This document shows, piece by piece, positions 25,794-36,999 of a stretch of DNA of 64,000 nt (positions are counted from its first letter, which is position 1; every line of letters begins with the position of its first letter). Source of the stretch: Felis catus (taxonomy: Eukaryota); assembly GCF_018350175.1 (NCBI RefSeq), contig NC_058368.1, forward strand, positions 117,678,001-117,742,000, written 5' to 3'. The notes beneath the pieces were generated by a model. It had not been told where the DNA came from. It saw nothing but the letters and a program-made list of their open reading frames with translations, and did no database searches. Made by a program: the position numbers and the translations under genes.

Positions 25794-27444
25794 CTGGGGA
25801 TCAGAAAACAAGTCTGTGATGGAGGAGAATGAGCAGTGGAACCCAGAGTCCAGAAACCTGAATTCTGGCCCAGTCTCCCCAAACAGCTGTAAGAATCATT
25901 GTTTTTAATATACCATTTTAAATTGTTAGCCTGAACCACACTGTGCTCCCTGCTGTATGTGCCTGATCACACAAATAACCTAAGGCAGGGGCATCATTAT
26001 CCCCATGTTCTAGGACGAGGAAAAGGGCTCCAGGAGATTTAAGTCCCTTGCTCCAGGTCATTTCTGACCCAAAGGCCACCACTTGATGGTGCCTCCTGAT
26101 ACCTTTGATGACGACTATGAATAAACATGCAAGACAGAGGCCCACACCCCTTATCCCAATGGTTGTGACAGTGGGTCCCAAGGGGTCCTAGGCTGGCTGA
26201 GTTTTCACAAGCACAGTCTGAATAAGAGGGGTCCCGATCTGCCCCATCTACAAAGGGCCATGGAAGTGATGGTAATAATTATGCGTGTGGCTGCTAAGGT
26301 TGAAGCCCAGAAAGGCTGCCCCTCAATCTAGTCACTTTCAATTCCGGGTATTAGACTGACTAATAGCACTTGGGGTGATTCTTTTTGTTCAAATAAAACA
26401 AAGGCACAGCCTCCCCTCAACAGTTCAAATATCAAGAACAGAAGTGCTGGAAAGTGTAAAGAACTCTGCTCTCTAGATTTCCTTTCATTATAATTCCACT
26501 GTACCATGGACTTGTGAACAGGATTTACTGTTCCTCTCTCATAAGAAATGAAAACAGAGGCACAGAGAGATTGTGACTCTTCATTCAGGACCCCAGAACT
26601 CCTGATTTCCAGACCCAGGTCCTTTCTCAGATCATAATACCGTCACGTGACAGGGAGGGCCCTCAAACCCTTGCAGGTTTATAAGCTGCAAGGCCAAAAA
26701 TAGCAGGGTGACCTCCTAGGTACTGAGTCAAGGTTACCCAAGAGAAAGTGGGTGATATCACTCATTTCACAAGAGTTCACTCGAAACAGGGAGCCCTTTT
26801 CACTGATGTAGATGTTTGTTAGGCAAAGAAACTTGAAGCTAAAATGTGTAGCTGCTTCCCACTGAATATACCCCTGAAAGGAAGAGAAAATGTTTTTAAA
26901 ATTCTAATGAAAGACAGTAAAGAAATTGGAACCACCAAAAATTCAAACGATACTCCACTTTCTAGGGAAAAACGCACTGAACCGAGTTCAAATCACACTT
27001 CCCCACATTAATGAATCCCCGAACACAGGCCTAGAACCACAACTATCCTGGGGTGGCAGGGGGAGCTCTCTTCGAACAGTGACCTCCACCAACTGCAGGG
27101 AACCAGCAGTCCCTCTCAGTACCCGGGCAGGTGCAAATTCATATTCTGACATCAGTAGGGCCAGGCTCCTTTCTGCCTGGGAGAAGCTAGGCAGGCAGAG
27201 GCGGGGGAGCCTGCAGCCTTTTGTAAGTAGGTAGTGCTGAAAAGGGTTCCCTCACACTGAGAACAATGGTTGCCTCCAAAGAGGAAGGGGGAGCAGTGAT
27301 GGGATCAGTTAGGATTTTAGCCTTATTTGTAAGGTCTTCATTTTTAATAACTGTACCCAGGTGGTACCCTGTATAGTTAACAACAAAAAGGCCAGTTCAC
27401 CACCCCACCCCCCAGGAAGGCCTGTGGACCCCTTGGGCCCTTAC

Positions 27445-27629
27445 CTCTCTAGCATCCATGAGAGTGCCCACACCCACCGTCAGGGCCATGGTGGGCACCT
27501 TGGTGAGGTCACCATCGAAGAACCTAGCATTGGCCAGGATGGTGTCCATGGCCAGAGTCTTCACACGGGTCCTGGACACCAGACTGGAGCCCGGCTCATT
27601 GAAGGCGATGTGTCCATCGGGGCCGATGC
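27445..27629 (-). CDS. GNPDA1: GNPDA1 coding exon 4
   Basis: Acceptor GGGCAG|GC. Reads [62 protein letters not shown] (NagB signature; D141/H143/E148). Donor GAG|GTAAGG. Confidence 0.97.
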
Positions 27630-28650
27630 CTGCCCAGGAGAAACAATGAGGACAGGCCTGTCAGTCCCAGGGATCCAAGATTTCAAGAATGGACAATCTA
27701 TTTTTCCCCACCTGGGGTCTAAAAAAATCCTTGAAATCATATCTCTTTTCCCATTCACCCTGGGCAGGTACACCTTAAGCATAAGATCTTCCCCTCTTCC
27801 CACCTCCTGGCATTTCTGTTTGAGGCTCACACAGACGTCGTGGCCTCACTACCACCCTCAGAAAGCTAAGTAAGCAGCACTCCAAATAGCTTCTGCTTCG
27901 CAAGATCACTGACGGGTAACTTCTCTCCTTCCCAGTAGTCAGGGGTCCTGTTGCTGAGATAGAGTTACAGCAAATAAAAAATGGCCTGGTCAGGGGTTGC
28001 AAAGTTTATAAAATCTCAGAACATGAGTGCTGAGAACATTAGCCTCTTCCTCCCTGCCTTGAAGTAAAGAAGAGTTAAATCTACAGCAGTAAAAGTCCCA
28101 ACTTACACCCCCATGGGTGAATCCGGAGGTGGCGACAGACGGTAATGGAAGAGGGCAGCCCAGGGTAGGAACAAACCTCAAATTGAGAAGGGGCCACCCT
28201 AGATTCTTCCTTTCTTTCCACTGTTGCGGCTGACCCCGGGGAAGTCATCAAACTTCTCTGGTGGTCAAATGGCTAAGCTACAGTGGTGCGGGGGCCAAGT
28301 TGCAATCTTCTGGAACTACACAGAGTCTTTGCTCTGAACTGTTTAGGTAAGTCCCATGGACTGATCCATACAAAACCTTAAGACTAGGGAATAGAATCTG
28401 AGAGTCCAAATCCAGACGTCTCACTTTACCAACAAGGCACTGAAGTGCGGATCACACAGTCACTGAGCAGCACAGCTAAGGTGAGGGCTCCTACTCCAGG
28501 GTCTTCCCTGACTCAGGGTGATAAATAATCGCTACTGTTTCAGTGCAGTGAGGAAGCTGCAGTGGGACAGGCATGGGTCTCGTCCCGTTCCCACATGTCC
28601 TCACCACCCTGGACCTGCCCTGGACACGTGCTGCAGAGTGTCAAGCTCAC

Positions 28651-28833
28651 CTCCAACGAACAGCTCGATCCCTCCCGCGGCTTTGATCTTCTCTTCAAAG
28701 GCGTCACACTCGGCCTGCAGGTCAGGTGCGTTCCCGTCCAGGATGTGGGTGTTTTCTGGGCAGATGTCAATGTGCTTGAAGAAGTTGTTCCACATGAAGG
28801 AATGGTAACTCTCCGGGTGGTCTCGAGGAAGGC
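28651..28833 (-). CDS. GNPDA1: GNPDA1 coding exon 3
   Basis: Acceptor CCACAG|GC. Reads [60 protein letters not shown]. Donor G|GTGAGC. Confidence 0.97.
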
Positions 28834-30030
28834 CTGTGGGGCCATGGCTACACTAAGTCATTCCCAGGCTGGGCCACAGCTCTCATTCCAAAGAGGATGC
28901 CAGGATACCCCCAGACCTTCACAGACTCCTTCAGGGAAATGCTCATCAGGGAGCCCTGGGCACCGCCCCTCTGGCCCTGAGACAGTTAGGATAGTCTGAG
29001 CTGGTCTCCCTGTGTCCACCCTCCACCACTGCTGTGACGACAGGACTGGGCCAAGGTAGCTACACACCAGGAACCTGAGAAATCCCCTCATCTGGATCTC
29101 CTTTTTACAAAAGAGTAATTGTAGGCTGGAGGCCAGGGCCACTCTGGGCTTTTGGAGGTGGCCTAGCAACCTGGGAGTGGGGCTTGGCCCATTTGGGAAA
29201 GGAAGTAAGCATGCCCCTTCCCCCGTGCCTCCCACCTCACCATTCACCCACAGTTATACCCCGCTCAGCCTGAACCCCAACTTCAATGCCAGGTGCTTGG
29301 ACAGAATTATCTCAGGGCTTCACAAAATGTTTTTTAGCCAAGAAAAAGAATGTTTAAGGTGGATGTTTAATGTCAGCCTTACAAAGGAACGAGATTCTGA
29401 CACTACAACATGGATGACCCTTCAGGACATTTTGTTGAGTGAAATAAGCCAGTCACAAAAAAGACATTTACTCTATGATTCCACTTATATAAGATAGCTA
29501 GAGTAGTGAGACTCACAGAAACAGTAAAATGGTGGTTGCTAGGGGTTGGGTATGTGGGAAATGGGTAGTTGGTGTTTAATGGGTAGAGTTTCAGTTTTGC
29601 AAGATGAAAAGAGTTCTGGGGGATGGCTGCACAACAGTGTGACTAAACGCTGCTGAACTGTGCATATAAAAATGGCTAAGATGGTGAATTTTGTGGATTT
29701 TACCACAAGTGAAAAAAAAGATGTTTAAAAAGAAGCCAAATGAAATGATGACCTGGCAGGGGGTGGGGGTGGGGCGGGTACAGAAGACCAAGGTGTAGCT
29801 TTTCAGCTTTGGAAGGGACACCAGTGTCCGTTCCTCTCCCAGTGTACCTCGCAGGAAGGGGAGCTGGAGGATGAACACTGGAGAGAAAGACAGGACACGG
29901 ACACTGAGGGACACACCCCAGCCACGATCCCATTTGTAATTACTGGCTCCAGAAAGAAATGGCATGGAGTTGGGGAAGAGGCAGACAAGAAGGAGATACT
30001 CATTTAATATGTATTTAAAATGCTTGCTCT

Positions 30031-30235
30031 GGGGTTGCCTTGGTGTCTCAGTCGGTTAAGCGTCCGACTTTAGCTCAGGTCATGATCCCGCAGTTCATGA
30101 GTTCGAGCCCCACATCAGACTCTGTGCTGACAGCTCAGAGTCTGGAGCCTGCCTTGGATTCTGTGTCTCCTTCTCTGCCCCTCCCCTGCTCACGTGCTCC
30201 CTCTGTCTCTCTCTCAAAAATAACATAAAAAAAAA
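30031..30235 (+). mobile_element. CanSINE in a GNPDA1 intron
   Basis: TSD AAAATGCTTGCTCT at 30017-30030 and 30236-30249. Confidence 0.9.
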
Positions 30236-30479
30236 AAAATGCTTGCTCTGTCCAAGAGGCTTCCATATCTGTTTGATCACTTACTGCTTACAAGCTAGGA
30301 AGTCAGCTTTTATAGCTGAGTACACCAAGGCCTGGAAGAGACAGGTATTGCTAATTAAGCTTATCCCTAAACATCACCGGCTCCCTGGGACTTCCCTATT
30401 CTTCTCCTGGGCTGAGCCTGAAAGGGGAGGAGTACAATTCTCCTGGAATCAGGAAAGACCTTGAAAGAGACAGACTCAC

Positions 30480-30581
30480 CCACATACTCATCCATGTTGA
30501 AAGTCTTCACATATTTGAAGGACAGGTCTCCATTCTTATAATACTCAATCAGCTTCTTATAGCAGCCAATTGGGGTGCTCC
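30480..30581 (-). CDS. GNPDA1: GNPDA1 coding exon 2
   Basis: Acceptor TTACAG|GG. Reads [34 protein letters not shown], with catalytic D72. Donor G|GTGAGT. Confidence 0.97.
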
Positions 30582-31375
30582 CTGTAAGAGAGGCCACAGC
30601 CATGAATCCCCTTTAACTCCCAGCTCCTGAAGATGTCCAGCTGGGCATCTCAGATCTATCAGATCTGAGAGAACATGTCAGATATGGAGTCCTATCCCAA
30701 TGCTCCAATCCTAACTGCTCTGAATGCCTACTTCCCCACTAAACTGTAAGCTCAAGGAGGGCAGGGCCGTGTCTGTCCCGTTCACTGCTGAATCCCAGTG
30801 CTCAGGACACGGCTGACTGAAATGACCATGATGAGTAACCTGAGTGAACATCACCTTACTTACTGACACGATATTCCCTGAGCAACTAGCATGTGAGGCA
30901 GGGGGCCACGTGACGAGAACACAGGAGCAGGAGACACAGCAGCCGCTTTGGAGGAGCTCACCCTGTAGAACTGGGAACATGAAACAGTAGTGTCACCTAT
31001 GATCAGGGTAAGTCTGTAGGTTCACAGAAGACTTCCCTGAGGAGCAGCAAACTCCTGCGAGTTGAGGGTCATTAAAAAGTCAATGTCATAAAGCACGTGA
31101 AAAAGGCAGGACTTCCATAGATTAAAAAAGTAAATATTCATGAAGTCTGGATACAGGCTTATTGGGGGGAAAACTATAAAACATAAATGTGGATGATGTG
31201 GAAAGAAATGTTACTATAGTCTGTATATCAGATGATATTATGGAAGGATTTTTAATAGGGATAATAGCATTGTAGTTATGTAAGAGAATGTCCTTATTCT
31301 GAGGAGATACATGCCAAAAGATTTAAAGGTAAAGTGTCAGGAGGTTGGGAACTTACTTTCAAGTGGCTCATAAAA

Positions 31376-31377
<2 letters not shown>

Positions 31378-31438
<61 letters not shown>
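31378..31438. repeat. (GT)n(GA)n compound microsatellite
   Basis: Directly visible. Confidence 0.95.
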
Positions 31439-32611
31439 ACATGAGACAGAAGAGAAGAAGGAAACTGTGGCAAATTTTAACAACTGGTGAGCCCAGGAAA
31501 ATGGTACTACACTATTCTTTAAGCTTTTGTGAATATTTGAAATTCTTAAAAATAAGATGATGAAAAGAAAAATGACCCACCCAAATCAGATCACTCTTTT
31601 CACAAACTACTTATGGCTTCACATTTCACTGAGTAATAATCCTAACAAAATATGTACATAATTTGGCCCCTGGTTACCTCTCTCACCCTTACTGATCCTG
31701 CTCCTTGCAATGCCACCTCAGGGCTTTTGCACATACTGTTCCCTTTGCCAGCAGTGCTCTCCCTTCAGATATTTGCATAACTCTCACTTCTTCTGGCCTT
31801 TACTCAAACATCACTTTCTCAGATGGACCTTCCCCACCACCATATCTGATATTGCAAACCCCCACCCCTGTCTAGATACACCCTAACCCCTTTCACTGTT
31901 TCATTTTTCTCATTCACTCATCACCATCTAACATACTTTATTTGTCGACTTATTATTATCTGTCTCTCCTACTACACTTAAAGATTTAGGAAGGAAGGAA
32001 TTTGTTTCTTTGTTGTTGTATCACCAGTGCCTAGAACAGCTTGGCATACAGCGGGCGTTCAATAAATAACCTGTTGAATGAACGAAAGTTCCCTCCCTGC
32101 CCCCATAATCAATCTGTCCCTGTGACATGGCCTCAGCCATGCCTGAGCCACACAGCTTCTCTATCCTTCCTCTGAGCTTCATCATGTGCATTTTCCAAAT
32201 TTCTAGCTTTCCCATCAATTCTGTGAGCTCCCCAATATCTAACCAATAAATTCCTTTTCTGCTGGAGTTAGCTAGAGTTGGTTTATTTGGTTTCCACCAA
32301 TTAAAGATGTTTTCACCTTTTAGATGTTTCACCTAAAAGAAGGGATGTTCCAAGGAACCCTTATATGGACATGCCATGCTGGTTCAAGCAGGACAGGAAG
32401 GAGCCAGGTCTTGGAAGGCCCTGAATGCCACACTGAGGAGGCGGGATCTGATTATGCAGGTGATGGGGAATTAGGGAGGGATTTCAGCAGCAGACTCTGA
32501 CCTAGAATAGCTCTAGTTACAAAACAGGATGTTAGTGCAGCCCCCACAGGGACTGAGACCTTGGTGGTTTTCCAGGTACGTGTAGATACTGCTCCCACAA
32601 ACCTCTAGTGC

Positions 32612-32925
32612 ACAGGTCAGCAAACTTCACACTACAGGCCCAAACTAGCCTGCTCCCTCTTTTTGTGCAGCTCATCAGTGAAGAATGGCTTATAAATATC
32701 AAAAGAATATTACTTTGTGACATATGAGAATTATATAAATTCAAACTTCAATGTCCATAGATAAAGCTTTATTGGTGGACGGCCATGCACATTCATCTAT
32801 GTACTGTCTGCAGCTGCTTTTGAGCTACAAGGACAGTGAAATAGTTGCAACAGAGGCTATATGGCCAGTGAAGTGTAAAATATTGACTAGGTGACCATTT
32901 ACAGAAAAGGTGTGAAGGTCCCTGC
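32612..32925. mobile_element. MER58B-like hAT-Charlie element
   Basis: CAGGTCAGCAAAC start, ATAAAGCTTTATTGG, GTTGCAACAGAG...TTTACAGAAAAG..CCCTG end. Confidence 0.6.
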
Positions 32926-33049
32926 TCTAGTGGATGGGACAGTGAGGGGCAGATCCACCCAAACTTAGAAAGAAAGAATCAGGACATTTGCCTTAAGGAG
33001 CTGAGGTCAAAATATCCTCCCATAAAGGCAACATTCTGATTTTTTCCAT

Positions 33050-33822
33050 AGGAAACTGGGACGTTTATGGAGGTTCCTCAAAAAATTAAAAATAGAACTA
33101 CCCTACGACCCAGCAGTTGCACTACTAGGTATTTATCCAAAGGATACAGTTAAACTGTGTTGAAGGGGCACATGTACCCCAAGGTTTACAGCAGCACTAT
33201 CAACAATAGCCATAGTATGGAAAGAGCCCAAATGTCCATCAATGTGTGTATATATATATGTATGTGTGTGTGTGTGTGTGTGTATACATATATATATACA
33301 TACATATACATATATATACATACATATATATACATATATATATACATATATATATACATATATATACACATATATACATATATATATATACACACACATA
33401 TATATACATATATATATACACAATGGAGTATTATTCGGCAATCAAAAAGAATGAAATCTTGCCATCTGCAACAACATGAATGGAACTAGACTATATTATG
33501 CTAAGTGAAATTAGAGAAAAACAAACATATGACTTCACTCATATGTGGAATTTCAGCTACAAAACAGATGAACATAAGGGAATGGAAGCAAAAATAATAT
33601 AAAAATAGGGATGGGGACAAAACATAAGAGACTCTTAAATGTAGAGAACTGAGGGTTGCTGGAGGGGTTGTGGGCAGGGGGATGGGTTAAATGGGCAAAG
33701 GGCATTAAGGAGGACACTTGTTGGGATGACCACTGGGTGTTTATACGTAGGGGATGAATCACTGGATTCTATTCCTGAAATCATTAGTGCACTATATGCT
33801 AACTAACTTGGATGTACATTAA
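33050..33822 (+). mobile_element. Carnivore L1 3' fragment with an internal (TG/TA/CA)n expansion at 33243-33422
   Basis: L1 ORF2 C-terminal sequence (ATAGAACTACCCTACGACCCAGC..., AAGAATGAAATCTTGCCAT) and 3' UTR ending GCACTATATGCTAACTAACTTGGATGTA. Followed by (GAAT)n. Confidence 0.88.
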
Positions 33823-34332
33823 AAATGAATGAATGAATGAATGAATGAAGAAACTGGGACTGTTTTTCACTTAGGTCCTGTGTTTAATTAATTATAGAAA
33901 ATGCTTTGAGTGGACTATCTTCTCAATTCTCCCAAGGATAATGCTCAGCTAGTAGCACTTTAGATGCACAAAAATTCATTCATTACATAAAATGTATGCC
34001 TGAAGACATTACGACTCAGTTCTGTTAAGGACTTCTGGTGGGAAGACTTAGAATGGAGTCTAAAAATCAGGTTATTCCTGCCTAACCAGGATCCCTTCTA
34101 TACCAGAACTCTTTAGGAGAAGGCAGCAACTAAACCAGACCATAAAGGAAACTGTCCTCTGTTTTGCATGTCCAGGAAACAAGGTTGTTCACTCATAGCA
34201 CCAGCACCTCAGAGCCCTCCTTCAAAGTCTCTTGGCTTAATGAGCCCATGAACCTGGTCCCTTAAAAACCCCAGATGCTCACTCTCTCCCCCTGCCTCCA
34301 GTCCATGGCACCTTCTCTATCCCACAACGCAC

Positions 34333-34456
34333 CAGTGGGAAGTCCCAGGGTGAAGTACTGGTCTGGCCCTGGGTTAAACTGGATGATGCGATTCCTGATG
34401 TACTTGGCTGCCCACTCGCTGGCCTGAGAATAATGGTCCAGGATGATGAGCTTCAT
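34333..34456 (-). CDS. GNPDA1: GNPDA1 coding exon 1 (glucosamine-6-phosphate deaminase 1)
   Basis: Acceptor CTACAG|GACAAG-ATG (exon starts 34462). Reads MKLIILDHYSQASEWAAKYIRNRIIQFNPGPDQYFTLGLPT. Donor G|GTGCGT. Confidence 0.97.
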
Positions 34457-35079
34457 CTTGTCCTGTAGGGGACAGGTGACAAAAGGAATCAGTGGTAAGG
34501 GACAGGAATAAAGGGAGGGATGCAGGTGGCTGGGGAGAGGGGAGAAGCCCTTCTCACCCAGCAACACCCTCTGCCTAGGCTGATGAGCCAGGAAGAGGAA
34601 AAGATCCCAACTTTCAGCTCACAGAGGAATAGGCTGGGCCAAGTGCCTCCACCACCCACCAGGAGGCACTGCTGTGAGACAGACCTGGGTTCTAATCTCC
34701 GTTCCTCCATTTACCAACGGCAGAACCTTAGTCAAAGGACTCAAGATCTTCGAGACTGTTTCCTCAGGCATGAAAATGGGGACAGTACCTCCCTGACAGA
34801 TTTCACGATGGTGAATATTAAATAAGGATGCATGTAAACCATAGTGTTTAATATGTTGGCAATTACTTTGTAGCTCGACCCAGCCCTCTTTCCCGACCCC
34901 TCTTCCCCCATCCGCTGGATATTTTGTACCTACAGCCTCTTCCTCAATAAACAGAGGTGTAGTGGTATACTGGGACGCTAGAGCAGGTGAGATCCACGGG
35001 TTTTGCCTGTAGAGGTGTGTTCTCTTATCAGTGCTGGAGTGGGTGCTCCCACCGGCCTGGCTTGCTTTGTGGACCCTCA

Positions 35080-35660
35080 GTTTCCCCCACAGCGTATGGG
35101 GGAAAATGTAACCGCTCCGCAAGGAGGGCGTCTGCTACGCTCTCACTGCGGTCAGTTAGAGTGAGAGGCGGAAGTGTCTGGATCAGCCATCCAAAGGATA
35201 CGGGTGTGCCTTTCCGACCCCGATGGCGATCCCATCGCCCCTCCGGCCCTGCATGGGGAAGGGATCCCAGCAGCTCGCTGGCTCACGGTCCCCGGGGACC
35301 AGAGGCAGGGGCAACGCTCGGGCCCCGCCCGCGCCCACCCGCGAGGAGGGTCCCCGCCAGCCCGGTACCCACTTACTCCGACACCTCCCGCGGCGGCTGC
35401 AGCAACTGTGCTGGCGGCCCCGCCCCGCTCGGGTCACGTGGCACCGGGTCACGCGGAGCAGCTCTCAGCCGGAGGGGCTGACTCGTCCGGGTGATTGCGG
35501 GGCCCTGGCTCCCGGTGGACTGTGCCCTGACTGGGGCCAGCCACCCTTTCATCTCCGCTCCAGGGACGCGCAGGGCTGGGAACAGCCGTGGGAGGCGAGA
35601 CTTGGAGACTGGGTTCGTGCAGGAGTCCGGGGACTTGGGGGCCTCAGGTGACTCCCAGGA
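35080..35660 (-). promoter_or_regulatory. CpG island / GNPDA1 promoter
   Basis: The clearest CpG-dense, GC-rich block in the window. GC box CCCCGCCCC at 35418-35426, E-box GTCACGTGGC at 35433-35442, ETS motif GCGGAAGTG at 35168-35176. Confidence 0.85.
35377..35430 (-). other. GNPDA1: GNPDA1 non-coding exon 1 (5' end approximate)
   Basis: Minus-strand donor GTCGGA|GTAAGT at 35377/35376 inside the CpG island, just downstream of the GC box and E-box. The TSS cannot be placed exactly. Confidence 0.7.
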
Positions 35661-35949
35661 ATGCAGTGCTTGGCCTGGGGTTGGGGCCTGAGTTTTAGTG
35701 CTGGGGAAGGGTGGGGGCAGGAAGAGCAGAATCGCTTCCTTCGAGTCTCCTAGAGTTGGGCCTAGCTCTGCCTTCAGGTTAACTTTTAGATGTCATGGTT
35801 TTACCTAGATATTACAACCTCTTTGCTTTAAATATAATTGGATTTTTCTTGCTTTGTTTTTAAAGCTTAATCTTTACAGCAATCTTTACAGAGAAAAGGG
35901 AAGGCCCCTGGTCTTCCCAGGTCTCCACCTCAAGGTAACATTGCTAACA

Positions 35950-36147
35950 AAAATGATATGAAAACAGGGAGGGGGACAAAACATAAGAGACCCTTAAATA
36001 CAGAGGACAAACAGAGGGTTGCTGGAGGGGTTGTTGGGGTGCGGATGGGCTAAATGGCTAAAGGGCATTAAGGAATCCACTCCTGAAACCATTGTTGCAC
36101 TATATGCTAACTAACTTGGATGTAAAAAAAAAAAAAAAAAAAAAAAA
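35950..36147 (+). mobile_element. 5'-truncated young felid L1 3' end
   Basis: About 175 nt of L1 3' UTR plus an uninterrupted A24 (36124-36147). TSD TAACATTGCTAACA at 35936-35949 and 36150-36163. Confidence 0.9.
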
Positions 36148-36502
36148 GATAACATTGCTAACAGTTTTAGACTACATTTCCAAATTGTTTTTCCTTGAAT
36201 GTTTTTCTATTTTACAGAAATGGGAACACACCACACAATGAGCTAGGTGGCCACATTCTGCAGTTCCCGTCATTGGGCTCACGGCTCCCCGTGGGCCCAT
36301 CTGCAGCCCCAGGCCAGCTTGATAGAGGTGGTGTTAGTCTGGTGAGGCCCTGATGAGAAGGAGTGGTGGAGCTAATTTGCAGGGGGGAAAAATGCAGTCA
36401 GAAATCTTATTTCCACATGAGGACCGTAGATGTTTCACAACCCCAGTCTCCAAATGCATCAGATAAATGGGGGAGGGGGGGTGCTCATCAGCAGCTGCCT
36501 TC

Positions 36503-36568
36503 GGGTCTGTCCAGGAAGAATGACTTCATGTGACTGGGTCTGTCCAGGAAGAATGACTTCATGTGACT
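36503..36568. repeat. Perfect 33-bp tandem duplication
   Basis: GGGTCTGTCCAGGAAGAATGACTTCATGTGACT at 36503-36535 and 36536-36568. Confidence 0.97.
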
Positions 36569-36999
36569 TTAAGCGGGCCTGTCCCTTCCACCCCAATCCC
36601 CATTACCTTTTTGTAGGGAACCAGTTCCAGGTCCATGTCAAGGCTGGCAGCTCTGGAATCAGCTTAGGGACAGATCAGAAAGATCTGGTAGTCAATTCCC
36701 AGTTCTTGAGTGAGTGACTCAAAGGACTCAACCTCTCCAGCTCTGAATTTTCTCTTCTGGAACAAGGGGTTTGAGTGGGATTAGTAACATTGACCTTATG
36801 TATTTGTTGGAAGTATTCGATGATACAGTAGTATAGCTTGGCTTTCATGGCCAGCCATCATTACCCCTTATTTCCTCCCACCTTCCTTACAGCCCACTCT
36901 CCACCCTCCAAATGTTCTCTGCCCTAACCTCCTGCCCCCTCATGTTCCTCCCACTGCATGCCTGGGGTTCATCTTACCCACACCCTGCCTTCCGTCCTC

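Noticed and set aside
27361..28999. Plus-strand ORFs of 170, 96 and 145 aa
   Set aside because: Antisense shadows of GNPDA1 coding exons.
33133..33489. Stacked ORFs rich in Y/I/H/T/C/V
   Set aside because: Translation artefacts of a stop-free dinucleotide microsatellite. The same applies at about 13.5 kb and 50 kb.
34619..35691. Several 90-170 aa overlapping ORFs around the GNPDA1 promoter
   Set aside because: Expected in GC-rich CpG islands, where stops are scarce. Low-complexity G/P/R/A content and no homology.
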